This document shows, in pieces, positions 27,587-37,900 of a stretch of DNA of 50,820 nt. The notes below the pieces were generated by a model. It saw only the letters and a list, made by a program, of their open reading frames with translations, made no database searches and had not been told where the DNA came from. The translations under genes were made by a program, and so were the position numbers. Numbering within the stretch: the stretch's first letter is position 1; each line of letters opens with the position of its first letter. Source of the DNA: a virus (Duplodnaviria; Caudoviricetes); the IMG/VR virus record IMGVR_UViG_3300036818_000065, positions 1-50,820 of that record. One strand, given 5' to 3'.

Positions 27587-27948
27587 TGGCTCTCACGCCT
27601 GCTCCAGACGGCTACCCCATCAAGCTGGTTCGCGACAACACGCCTGATCTGATCAACCAATCAGGCGAGCCAGGAGAATTGTGGTACGAGATCTCCACCA
27701 ATGTGGGAGAAGAGGAGCTTATGCGGCTTCTCAAACTCAAGCTCGCAGAGGAGGTGGGCGAGTATCTAGTTGACGGAGGGCGGAATGAGTTGGCTGATGT
27801 GCTGGCTGTGGTTGATGGGCTGTCTCGCCTACATGGGACTGGCTTGAGTGACATACTAGAGATCGTGCATAGTGACCCGCGCGGCATGTTTCCTGACGGG
27901 GTGGTCATGTTCGGTCGACATCCCGAGTTCGATGGAGGCGATGGATGA
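27586..27948 (+). CDS. MazG/HisE-like all-alpha NTP pyrophosphohydrolase
   Basis: KLVRDNTP...KLAEEVGEY...ELADVL (EExxE...ExxD); start reassigned to ATG 27586 (TGATG overlap). Confidence 0.8.
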   Translation: MALTPAPDGYPIKLVRDNTPDLINQSGEPGELWYEISTNVGEEELMRLLKLKLAEEVGEYLVDGGRNELADVLAVVDGLSRLHGTGLSDILEIVHSDPRGMFPDGVVMFGRHPEFDGGDG

Positions 27949-28724
27949 GACCGCAGAAGCCAAAGTTGGGAGCGTCGGCTCAGATGCTCATTCATGGACC
28001 GCCGGGCATAGGCAAGACGCTTCTCATAGCGCAGCAGCCGCGCACCCTGATCATGCACCCGCCTACGGACCATCTGGATTCCATTCATAAACCCAGCAAC
28101 GTCGAAGAGATCATTCTGGGTGATCACGACGACTTCGATCAGGCATTTGAGTATCTGCAACAAGGCGGTGGTGAAGAGTTTGATTGGGTGTGGTTAGACA
28201 GCCTGTCTCTTTTCCAAGACCATGGGCTAGATGAAATTTGGAAGAATCTCATCGCGGCCAAACCCAACCGCAAAGAGTGGGGGCTGGACAAAGGCGAGTA
28301 CGGCCGCAACATGGAGCGCATTGCGCGTCGCACCCGCGAGCTGGTAGGACTGAGCATGACGGGGATGTTCCACCTGGGAATCACCTGCCACACTGAGATG
28401 CTGTACGATCCCGAGACTGAGAAAGACATGCTGATGCCTTGGGTGCAAGGTAAGGGCATGAGCACCCGCACGATGGCGGCGATGAACCTTGTCGGGTACT
28501 ACCGATGGGTCGCCGTTAAAAAAGGAAACAAAAAGCGACGTGCGCGCGTTCTGGACTTCCATGAAACGGAGGCGTTCAAAGCCAAGGACCAGCTTAACGT
28601 CTTTGGTGAGAGCGGGCGGTTGATCTCGCCGACCATGCCCGACATTCATCGGGCCATTGCAACCAAGAAGAAAGGTGGCAGCACTGCCGCCCCAAAACGG
28701 CGTAAACGCGCCAGGAGGAAATGA
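27945..28724 (+). CDS. Sak4-like (AAA_24) ssDNA-annealing ATPase
   Basis: LIHGPPGIGKT, WVWLDSLS, ITCH and AKD motifs; flanked by exonuclease and SSB-like genes. Confidence 0.8.
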   Translation: MRPQKPKLGASAQMLIHGPPGIGKTLLIAQQPRTLIMHPPTDHLDSIHKPSNVEEIILGDHDDFDQAFEYLQQGGGEEFDWVWLDSLSLFQDHGLDEIWKNLIAAKPNRKEWGLDKGEYGRNMERIARRTRELVGLSMTGMFHLGITCHTEMLYDPETEKDMLMPWVQGKGMSTRTMAAMNLVGYYRWVAVKKGNKKRRARVLDFHETEAFKAKDQLNVFGESGRLISPTMPDIHRAIATKKKGGSTAAPKRRKRARRK

Positions 28725-29506
28725 TGCCCAAAGTCAAATACGACCTGCGGGATGTAGAGGCTGCAGGTGAAGGTTTCGAGACGCCGCCGCCCGGCTTGTA
28801 TCGCGCCAAACTAGCTGAGTGTAACATGACTCAGTCAAAGGCTGGCAACGACATGCTCGAATGCGTGTACGAGCTAACCAGGGGCGACTACAAAGGCAGC
28901 AAAGTCTGGGACTATATCGTCATTGGCGTAGAGGGATTCCCGGAACGAAAGCTGCGGCAGTTCCTGGAGGCTGTCGAACACATTACCGGCAAAAAGAATG
29001 CCAAGGGGTCGTTTGACCCCGACGAGTTCGAGGACAGCGAGGTTCAGCTGCGACTCAAGAACGAAACTTACGAAGACGAGCCACGCGCCAGGGTGGCTGC
29101 CGTGCTGCCTCTGCCTGAGGATGACGAGGACGAAGAAGAGATCGACGCCGAAGGCGAAGAGGATGACGACGACGAAGAAGGCGCAGGCGAGGAGTACACC
29201 TATGAGGAACTCGAAGGCATGGACCTCAAAGAGCTCAAAGAAGTCGTCGATGAGGAAGAGCTTGAGGGCATCCGCGTAACCAAAAAATCCAAGCAAGAGA
29301 CCGTCTTGGCTAAGGTGGCTGAGGCGCTTGAGCTAGAGCCTGCAGAGGAAGACGAGGACGGAGACGAGGTTGAGTACGAGGACATGACCCCCGAAGAACT
29401 CAAAGCAGAGCTCAATGACCGTGGCCTGAAAACGGCGGGCAAAAAAGCAGTACTGATCGCCCGCCTGGAGAAGGATGACGAGGAGGCTGAGAATCCCTTC
29501 GAGTAG
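28721..29506 (+). CDS. DUF669-like ssDNA-binding protein with acidic region and C-terminal SAP-like domain
   Basis: PPPGLYRAKL...SKAGNDML...KGSKVWDY; YEDMTPEELKAELNDRGLKTAGKKAVLIARL (SAP); NPFE C-terminus. Confidence 0.8.
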   Translation: MMPKVKYDLRDVEAAGEGFETPPPGLYRAKLAECNMTQSKAGNDMLECVYELTRGDYKGSKVWDYIVIGVEGFPERKLRQFLEAVEHITGKKNAKGSFDPDEFEDSEVQLRLKNETYEDEPRARVAAVLPLPEDDEDEEEIDAEGEEDDDDEEGAGEEYTYEELEGMDLKELKEVVDEEELEGIRVTKKSKQETVLAKVAEALELEPAEEDEDGDEVEYEDMTPEELKAELNDRGLKTAGKKAVLIARLEKDDEEAENPFE

Positions 29507-29777
29507 TAGACAGCCGGTTGCTGCCGATCCGTTCAGCACTGACGATCTGGCGCTAGCAACGGTGCTCTGCATGCAGGGTTTCGGTGCTAGCCGCCTGGTT
29601 CGAAAGCGGCAGGACAGTCGGCAGGCCGAGTGGCAGTTCGATCGTGATGACAGGCTGGACAAGATCGTGAGCGAATATAATTCAGGCACGCACCAGGTTG
29701 AGCCTCGTCAGTTCATGTCAACCCTGAAGAAAGTCCGCAGGCAACTGTATGGCTTCTTGGATCACAGGGCGCTGTGA
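29475..29777 (+). CDS. Small DUF5659-like (probably DNA-binding) protein
   Basis: FSTDDLALATVL...VEPRQFMSTLKKVRRQLY pattern; stop overlaps the primase start; start uncertain. Confidence 0.55.
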   Translation: MTRRLRIPSSSRQPVAADPFSTDDLALATVLCMQGFGASRLVRKRQDSRQAEWQFDRDDRLDKIVSEYNSGTHQVEPRQFMSTLKKVRRQLYGFLDHRAL

Positions 29778-32575
29778 AAGTCACGGACGAGCAAATTGCC
29801 AAGCTCAAACCGTTCCTGGTTGGGGAGCGGCCCGGTGGTGACGGGGAGTGGGGGATGTTTTGTCCCCTGCACCCCGACACCACCCGCTCGGCAAGCCTCA
29901 ACGTCAACAAGGGTGTCTTCCACTGCCAGGCTTGTAGCGAAGGTGGCTCCGTCGACATGCTGATCGATTTAGAGGATACTTGGGTCAAACCCGAGGGACG
30001 TGTAAACAGCCGCGCCCGGCCTGCCCGCGCCAGCGTAGCACCCAGCGACGAGGTGTCGAAGGGAAAGGTGCGCGGATGGCATGCCGCCCTTCTGCAAGAT
30101 CATCCAGCGAGGCTAGACAACTTAATGTCTGCGCGTGGTGTCAACGAAGAGTTGATTCGTGACTTTGAGATTGGATGGGATGCCAACAGGCGGGTATACA
30201 CGATCCCCATCTACAGCAACAAGGGTGACATCTGGAACGTACGGCGTTACGACCTCAAGCCTCACGGCGACCGCCGCAAGATGTGGAGCGTCAAAGGCAT
30301 GGGAGCGCCGCGCTTGTATCCCGTCAAGCAGCTGCTAGACAAGCCCGACTACATCATCATCTGCGAGGGCGAGTGGGACTGTCTTCTCACTATTCAACAC
30401 GACTTTCACGCCATCACCCGAACGGGGGCAGCGGACGTATGGGAAGACCGATGGAATCAGCTGTTCAAAGGCATGACTATTTACCTAGCGCACGACAGCG
30501 ACTACAAGGGACAGCTGGCTAATCGCAAGATCGGAGAACAACTGCTGGGCATTGCAGATGAGGTGCGAGTGCTACGACTGCCCTACCCGGTGATCAAAAA
30601 AGACGGCAAAGACTTGACTGACTTCTGGCTCGACTACAGTGATCATCCAGAGGCTGAGATGCGCTCCTTGATGGAAGACGCTCAGCTGTTCAATCCTCGC
30701 ATGTTTGAAGTTGAAGACACCGATGCCTCTGATGCCAGCGTGCTAGACAGCTTCGACTCGAGGCGCGTGGCGCAGCCTATGCGGTTGACTGTCACCATCA
30801 AGGGCAAGCGGGACCCAGGATTCTCCATTCCACGCAAGGTGAAATACCAGTGTACGATGGACGCTGGGACCAAGTGTCAAACTTGTCCGTTGTTGCAAGC
30901 ACAAGGCCAAGCAAATGTGGAGATCCCAGCCGCTGATCCTGTGGTGCTTGAGATGATGGAGAGCACCAAAGGACAGTTGCGTGACATTCTTCGTATGCAC
31001 TACGGCATCCCCAAATGTCAAAGACTTGAGATTACTGTCGACCAGCATCAGGCAGTGGAGATCCTCTACGCCCGCCCCAGCATTGACCACGTCAAGAGCG
31101 AGGAGGCTGCAGACTTCAAGAATGTCAAGATTACTAGCGTGGGCAAACACGACACGCTGCCCAACAACACGGTACAGGCGGTGGGCGCGTTGCATCCTGA
31201 CCCTCGTCGGCAGACCAATGAGTTTCAAGCTTGGGACGTGAGCGTGATGGAAACCAGCTTGGACAAATACGAGTTGGACGAGGACGACGTTGAAATGCTT
31301 AAGCGGTTTCGACCCCGAACCGGACAGCGGCCACTCAGCAAGCTGGCAGAGATAGCACGAGACATGAGCGCTCATGTGACCAAGATATATGGTAGGCCGG
31401 AGCTGCATGCCGCTATCGATCTGACGTTCCATAGCGCTCTCAGCTTCAACTTTGGTGGGCAGCATGTTGATCGAGGTTGGCTTGAGTTGCTGGTGGTGGG
31501 TGACACTCGTACGGGCAAGAGCGAGACTGCCCTCAAGCTGAGCAGGCACTACGGCGCAGGCGAGCTCGTGTCCTGTGAGGCAGCTAGCTATGCAGGCATA
31601 GTAGGTGGCCTGCAACAATATGGTTCAAAAGAGTGGAGCGTCACCTGGGGTGCTATCCCTATCAACGACAGGCGGCTAGTCATCCTGGATGAGATTGGAG
31701 GCATGCATCCGGAGGAGATTGCGGCCATGAGCTCCGTCCGGTCTAGCGGTACTGCCGAGCTGACCAAAATTCAGAGCGAGCGTACGTACGCCAGGACGAG
31801 GCTGATCTGGCTTGGCAACCCGCGTAATGGTCGCATGAGCGACTATACGTACGGAGTTCAAGCCATCAGACCGCTCATCGGCAACGATGAGGACATTGCC
31901 CGCTTCGACCTGGCCATGAGTGTGGTGGCTGATGAGGTTCCAGCTCAGGCCATCAACACGGTGCGAGTGGTGGGCTCTAACCCTTACTCAGACGAGGCCT
32001 GCAACAAGCTGCTACGATGGGCCTGGTCACGCAAGGCCGGTGATGTCGTGTGGGTGGAGGGCGCGCAGGAGGAAGTATTGGAGGCAGCCAACCAGTTGGG
32101 TCGCAAGTTCATTGAGGACCCGCCGTTGGTACAGGCCGCCAACATACGCATCAAGGTAGCACGGCTGGCAGTGGCCATGGCCATTCGGTTGTTCAGCAGC
32201 GACGAGGATTTCGAGCGGGTGCTGGTTCGTAGAGAACACGTACAAGACGCGGTGCGTTTCCTCGAACGTATATACAGCATGAAGAACTTTGGATATGCCG
32301 AGCGCAGCCAGGAACTGATACACGACCGTCGTGAGGCTGAGGACCATCGTGCTTACATAGAACGATATCTTGAGGCCAACCCCAACCTTGCCAAGTTCTT
32401 GCGCGGTACCGGGTCATTCCGCCGACCTGACATTGAGGAGATCATGCACATTGGTCGTGAAGAAGCTAACGCCATCATCGCCACCCTCTGGGACCGCCGC
32501 ATGATCCGCAAAGAGAAAGGCGACAGCAAAGTGGAGCCAACGCTGCACCGAATTTTGAGGGAGATCAAGGCATGA
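29774..32575 (+). CDS. Primase-helicase fusion: CHC2 Zn finger, TOPRIM and MCM-type AAA+ helicase
   Basis: CPLHPD..S...FHCQAC; ICEGEWD, HDSD..G and KDLTDF (TOPRIM); LLVVGDTRTGKS, SYAGI, ILDE, GNP and ARFDL (MCM motifs). Confidence 0.85.
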   Translation: MKVTDEQIAKLKPFLVGERPGGDGEWGMFCPLHPDTTRSASLNVNKGVFHCQACSEGGSVDMLIDLEDTWVKPEGRVNSRARPARASVAPSDEVSKGKVRGWHAALLQDHPARLDNLMSARGVNEELIRDFEIGWDANRRVYTIPIYSNKGDIWNVRRYDLKPHGDRRKMWSVKGMGAPRLYPVKQLLDKPDYIIICEGEWDCLLTIQHDFHAITRTGAADVWEDRWNQLFKGMTIYLAHDSDYKGQLANRKIGEQLLGIADEVRVLRLPYPVIKKDGKDLTDFWLDYSDHPEAEMRSLMEDAQLFNPRMFEVEDTDASDASVLDSFDSRRVAQPMRLTVTIKGKRDPGFSIPRKVKYQCTMDAGTKCQTCPLLQAQGQANVEIPAADPVVLEMMESTKGQLRDILRMHYGIPKCQRLEITVDQHQAVEILYARPSIDHVKSEEAADFKNVKITSVGKHDTLPNNTVQAVGALHPDPRRQTNEFQAWDVSVMETSLDKYELDEDDVEMLKRFRPRTGQRPLSKLAEIARDMSAHVTKIYGRPELHAAIDLTFHSALSFNFGGQHVDRGWLELLVVGDTRTGKSETALKLSRHYGAGELVSCEAASYAGIVGGLQQYGSKEWSVTWGAIPINDRRLVILDEIGGMHPEEIAAMSSVRSSGTAELTKIQSERTYARTRLIWLGNPRNGRMSDYTYGVQAIRPLIGNDEDIARFDLAMSVVADEVPAQAINTVRVVGSNPYSDEACNKLLRWAWSRKAGDVVWVEGAQEEVLEAANQLGRKFIEDPPLVQAANIRIKVARLAVAMAIRLFSSDEDFERVLVRREHVQDAVRFLERIYSMKNFGYAERSQELIHDRREAEDHRAYIERYLEANPNLAKFLRGTGSFRRPDIEEIMHIGREEANAIIATLWDRRMIRKEKGDSKVEPTLHRILREIKA

Positions 32576-32775
32576 AAGTTCACCTCACTACGATGCCCGC
32601 CCCTTACGTTCTACCGGCCGACCCAAAGCAAGGCAGGCCCAAGGATGTAAAGGTTGACCGCGTTTCGATATTCAAGGTGGTCAAAATAGATGAACTAATT
32701 AAGTGGTGCAAAGACAACCCCGACGTTCCGGCCGACTCACTGGCCCTGTCGTTGGAGTCAGGAGCGTTCAAATGA
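32572..32775 (+). CDS. Hypothetical protein
   Basis: ATGA coupling on both sides. Confidence 0.65.
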   Translation: MKVHLTTMPAPYVLPADPKQGRPKDVKVDRVSIFKVVKIDELIKWCKDNPDVPADSLALSLESGAFK

Positions 32776-33581
32776 GGGCAGCAGTTCTAGGATATGGACC
32801 AGCAGGACTCATTGCCGCCAAGACGCTGGTTGATCAAGGCATTGACGTCGACGTCATAGGGGCTGGCGGCAAGAGCGTTATCGGCGGGGCGCAGTACCTG
32901 CACGAGCCCATCCTGAACGCCGAGCATGTCACCGACCCAGAGGGTTACATTGAGTTCCTCAAGGTTGGCGAGCGCGACGGCTACGCAAAAAAGATCTATC
33001 CGCAAGCTGAGTTCACTGTTAGCTGGGACAACTACGAGGGACGGCAACCAGCATGGGCATTGGGGCCTGTATATGACATCTTGTGGAAACACTTCGAGGA
33101 CAAACTGCTACACGACACGTTCAACGGCATGAGCCTCACCATGCTACTAGAGACCGACAAGTACGACGTCGTGTTCAGCAGCATCCCGGCACACGCACTT
33201 TGTATGCACAGCCATGACTTCCCCCGAGTGAATATCGCCCTGGTTCCATTCAGCCCCATCAACGGCATCAACAACGTGGTGCTATACAGTGGACGGCCGC
33301 AGGACGTTTGGTATCGAACCAGTGTCATATTCGGGGAGGCGTGGAGCGAGTTTGGGCAGAGCGAGATTGAGACGGTGCATTACACCTCCATGGCGGCCGA
33401 CGCCATCGGGGCAGAGGAGCTGCCAGTTCATCACGGCTTCAAGCCGCTCGGCACCAATTGCAACTGCCATCCAGAGGTCGTGCGGATAGGCCGGTTTGGA
33501 AGGTGGGACCGTAAAATTCTCCTGCACCACGTACCGCATCAGGTGCTGGGAGCTCTAGAAGACAAGGGGTTCACCCCATGA
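32772..33581 (+). CDS. FAD-dependent oxidoreductase, UDP-galactopyranose mutase (Glf)-like
   Basis: ATG 32772; AVLGYGPAGLIAA Rossmann motif; GAQYLH; FSSIP; IGRFGRW. Confidence 0.75.
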   Translation: MRAAVLGYGPAGLIAAKTLVDQGIDVDVIGAGGKSVIGGAQYLHEPILNAEHVTDPEGYIEFLKVGERDGYAKKIYPQAEFTVSWDNYEGRQPAWALGPVYDILWKHFEDKLLHDTFNGMSLTMLLETDKYDVVFSSIPAHALCMHSHDFPRVNIALVPFSPINGINNVVLYSGRPQDVWYRTSVIFGEAWSEFGQSEIETVHYTSMAADAIGAEELPVHHGFKPLGTNCNCHPEVVRIGRFGRWDRKILLHHVPHQVLGALEDKGFTP

Positions 33582-34237
33582 GATGCAGCGAGTGCAGCAA
33601 TACCATCAAGCCTTTGGTGGCCATCGACATCGACGGTACGCTGGGCGATTATCACACCCACTTCCTCCGGTTTGCCGACGCTTATTTGGGAGACACTATT
33701 CCTTTTGTATCGCCAAGCTACGCAGGGCAATGCTCATTCAAAGAATGGTTCATGACCGGGTACGGCTGCGATGAGTCGACCTGGCAGACCATCAAGCTAG
33801 CGTACCGACAGGGCGCTCAGAAGCGCAGCATGCCGTCGTACCCTGACGCACAGTGGCTTGTCAACAACCTGCGCTGGGACAACGTGGAGGTTTGGCTCAC
33901 TACGACGCGGCCGTACCTCCGGCTGGACGGCGTCGACCCGGACACTCGCGCGTGGCTTGATCGCATAGGCATCGAGTACGACGGGCTGCTGTATGACGAG
34001 GACAAGTACCACGTGCTGGGAGAGCGCATCGACCCGGACAGGGTAGTGGCGGTCTTGGACGACCTGCCCGAGATGTACGACGCGGCGGCACAGGTGTTTG
34101 GCAAAGACATCCCCATCCTTGCCAAGCAGGATTACAATGCCGACACCACCCGGCCAAACGAGGCGGAATCATTGGGGGCAGCGTTGGGTATGATTCAGGA
34201 TAGATTGGAGAGCTGGTATGGCAAATTCAGCAATTAA
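33578..34237 (+). CDS. HAD-family 5'(3')-deoxyribonucleotidase-like phosphatase
   Basis: AIDIDGTL (motif I), LTTTRP (II), DK (III), VLDDLPE (IV), YN. Confidence 0.8.
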   Translation: MRCSECSNTIKPLVAIDIDGTLGDYHTHFLRFADAYLGDTIPFVSPSYAGQCSFKEWFMTGYGCDESTWQTIKLAYRQGAQKRSMPSYPDAQWLVNNLRWDNVEVWLTTTRPYLRLDGVDPDTRAWLDRIGIEYDGLLYDEDKYHVLGERIDPDRVVAVLDDLPEMYDAAAQVFGKDIPILAKQDYNADTTRPNEAESLGAALGMIQDRLESWYGKFSN

Positions 34238-34541
34238 CGAGTCAGTGCTATCGCAGACTCTGGCTGATGCCGGGCTGGAAGACACTGACGACAATCGAAA
34301 TCAGTTGCGAGTGATGCTGGAAGCAATGTGCATCTACGAAGAGCGTGAGGCCGCGCGCGGGGGCTTGTGGAAGGCGGCTGGCGCTATCGACAGCGCACAC
34401 CACCTCAGGAGCAAGGCACGGCGCATCGTGTTTGCTGTCGACGCGCAGCCGGAGGCTGTCATTGATGATGGGCTGGACGCAGTAAACTACGCCGTGTTCG
34501 CTGTGCGCAATGTCAGGGCAGGAAGACTTGTAGAGAGCTAG
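34218..34541 (+). CDS. Nucleotide modification-associated domain 1 (Nmad1/DUF1599-like) protein
   Basis: IYEEREAARGGLWK...LRSKARRI...DDGLDAVNYAVF fits the family pattern. Confidence 0.65.
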   Translation: MANSAINESVLSQTLADAGLEDTDDNRNQLRVMLEAMCIYEEREAARGGLWKAAGAIDSAHHLRSKARRIVFAVDAQPEAVIDDGLDAVNYAVFAVRNVRAGRLVES

Positions 34542-34555
34542 CAGGAGGATCTAGA

Positions 34556-34936
34556 ATGGGCAGGTTATATAACAGCAAGCAGCAAATCCGGAAGGAACTG
34601 GAACGGCGTACTGATCCGGATAGCCCCCAAATGGAACAAATCATACTCGCGATGGCTTCTGAGCTCATAGCGGGGCATATCAGCATTCGCAATGGCATCC
34701 GAGGAATTCTCAGTATGACTGCAGACAACGAAGATTTCCCGAGCCAACTGCACAAGGACATCGTCGATCGCATAACTAGCGGCATGAAAGAACGTATGGT
34801 CGCGTTCGAACTAGAGTTGCTTGGAGTCATCGTCGATATCATATGGGAGATCGACAATTGCCAGTGCGATTGGTGCGCTGCGCGAGAAGCAGAAATCAAG
34901 GCGGCTGACAGGGCTTCGAAAGCGAAATACAATTGA
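34556..34936 (+). CDS. Hypothetical protein with C-terminal CxCxxC
   Basis: SD GGAGG; CQCDWC. Confidence 0.7.
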   Translation: MGRLYNSKQQIRKELERRTDPDSPQMEQIILAMASELIAGHISIRNGIRGILSMTADNEDFPSQLHKDIVDRITSGMKERMVAFELELLGVIVDIIWEIDNCQCDWCAAREAEIKAADRASKAKYN

Positions 34937-37900
34937 GCGAGAACACCGGACAAGGTAGCAGTGGTTCTTGGCGGGACGACGAGGTAGACAGCACCAAGAA
35001 TGCCACGCGCCGGGGCGCTGAAGAATCAGGACTTGACGCACAGGTCAGCACGTTCAAGCGTGACTGTGACCACGGCTACCAGCCTATAGGCATACGTGCC
35101 CGTAGGCGCCAGCGCGCGGCTGCCAGGCGCCATGCAAACCTCAAGCCCATGCGGTTTGTTAGCCTGCACCACCACAGCACTTATAGCTACCTGGACGGCT
35201 TTCAGCTTCCTGAGGCCCACGTCCGCCGCGCCACCGAGATCAACATGGGCGCCATCGCCATGACCGAGCATGGTAACATCTTCAGCCACGTCAAGTTGGA
35301 GAAAGCAGCAGAAGAGCAAGGAGTCAAACCGATCTTTGGTTGCGAGGTCTATTGCTCTCACGAACAATCCCAGAAAAAGAACCATCTCACCCTGCTGGCA
35401 ATGAACTCCGAAGGGTACAAGAACTTGCTGATGTTGGCAAGCAAATCTTGGGCAGATGGCTTCTACTACGAGCCCACCGTCAACTACAAATGGCTCAAAG
35501 AATACAGCAAGGGAATCGTCTGCCTAAGTGGCTGCCAAGGATCAGCGCTGTTTACTGCCCTCGTCGGAGGCAAGTTCGTTGACCCGGCTGATGCCAGCTA
35601 TGTTCGCGGCGAGAAGGTTGCCAAATTCTTCAAGCGCATCTTTGGTGACAGGTTCTTCTTGGAGGTTCAGGCGTTTCCGGAGCTGGAAAAAAGCTGTCAG
35701 GCCAACCCCATGATCGAAAGGCTAGGACGTGAGCTCGGGATCAGACTCGTTGCAACCATGGACTGCCACTACACTGCACCAGAGGAGCAAGAGATTCAGA
35801 AGTTGCTCCATAATGTGCGGCCGGGCGAGAAGAGGACCCTGGAGGATATGGTGCGTGATTGGGGGTATGAAGTTCCACTATGTCCTCCTCCGACTGACAT
35901 GGCAATCTACCGGCGTCTGCGGGGTACGGGTCTCAGCAAGCGTGGAGCGCTTGAGGCCATAATCAGCACTGAGGAGATAGCGCAGCAGTGCGAGGTTGAG
36001 CTACCCAAATTGCCGCCTGTCGAATATCCCCTTCCGAAAGGCTACGACACGCCCAAAGACCTTTGGCGGGCCTGGTTGAAGGAGGGATGGCTGTACCGCA
36101 AGTGCGACAAACTGCCGCCGAGAGAGAGAGCACGGTACAAAAAGCAGCTGGCCAAGGAGTGCGAGGTCATCGAGGCCAAGGGATATGAGAGTTACTTCCT
36201 CGTGGTAGCCGACACGGTCAAGTGGACCAAGAACGAACAGATACCAGTTGGCCCGGCTCGGGGCAGTGCTGCTGCGTCGCTCGCTTGTTGGCTACTACGC
36301 ATCACTGAGGTCAACCCAATGCTGTTTGACAACCTGGTGTTCGAGCGCTTCATTGATTGGTCACGCGAAGATATGCCAGACATCGACCTTGACTTTGCCA
36401 CCTATGGTCGTCCACAGATCAGGGACTACCTGGTCGGCAAATATGGCGAGGGGTGCGTCAACAATATCGGCACGTTCACGGTGTACAAATCTAAGTTGGC
36501 GCTTGACGATGTGGCGCGGGTGCACCGCATTCCCAAATTCAAAACTGAGACTGTCAAAGGCTTGTTGATCGAACGTAGCTCAGGGGACCTGCGCGCCAGC
36601 GCCACCATTGAGGATACGGCTGGCCAGTTCCCTGACGCAGCCAAAGTGTTTGAGGAACATCCCGAGCTTCAGATGGCTATGGACCTGGAGGGCAACGTCA
36701 AGGGGTTTGGGGTGCATGCTGCCGGTCTGGTGGTTAGCAACGGTCCCATCACTGACGTGACGGCGGTGCTGGAGAAGAACATCAAGGGAAATCTGGTGCA
36801 GGTGGTAAGCATGGACAAGAAGGACGCTGAGCGCCAGGGTCTTGAGAAGCTTGATTTTCTCGCGTTGGGTACGATGGACATGATCGCCGACGCACTACAC
36901 CGGTTGGACATGACGGTTGAGGAACTGTATGAACTGCCGCTTGATGATCCCAAAACGATCGAAGGCTTCCGGCAGAACGACGTGCTTGGCATCTTCCAGT
37001 TCGAGGGGCGTGCCATGCGCAGCATCAACGGTGCTCTCAAGCCCGACAATTTCGATGAAATCTGCGACGTCACCGCGTTGGCCCGGCCGGGTCCGCTGCA
37101 CAACGGCGCGGCTAACGCTTACATCGACATCAAGCGCGGTGCTGCCCAGCCTGAAATCATTCACCCGGCGTTGAGCGCTATCACTGAGCGCACCAACTAT
37201 CAGATTGTGTACCAGGAGCAAATCTTGAAAGCTGTAGTTGAGATCGGTCAGTTTGACTGGACCCACGCCAGCTACATTCGAAAGATCATTAGCAAGAAGT
37301 TGGGCGAGCAGGAGTTCAATCGACAGTGGTCGCGCTTCTGGGATGGAGCGCGTACGATTGATCAGCGTTCTGATTACGAACCCATGACTGAAGCTACGGC
37401 CAAACGAATATGGGGCAACTTGATCACGTCTGGTTCCTACGCCTTCAATGCTGCCCACTCACGCAGCTACGGCATGATTGGGTACTGGTGCCAATGGCTC
37501 AAGCAGCATCACCCAGAGGTTTTCTTTGCAAGCAGCTTGACCAAAACTCGCCGTGGCTCTGGCGGTGGTAACGTTAAGGCGCAGTTTAAAGGTGGACAGA
37601 TTGACCGTCACGTGGTGCTAATGCGTGACGCGAAGAAAGGCAAACCGGAGTGCGGTCGTAAGCCTATCAGGGTGATGCCTCCTTCCTACGACAGTGGGAT
37701 GCATTGGGAGTATGAGGATGGTGTGCTGTGGGCGGGATTGGTGCAGATACCTGGCGTAGGGGACAAAACGGCAGAAGCCATGGCGGCGTATGCCAAAGAG
37801 AATGAGATCGAAGCATGGGAAAACTATGTGGATGTCAAAGGCATTGGGCCAAAGACCATAGACAAAATTGAAGAGTTTTGTGAACGACCTGACCCATTCA

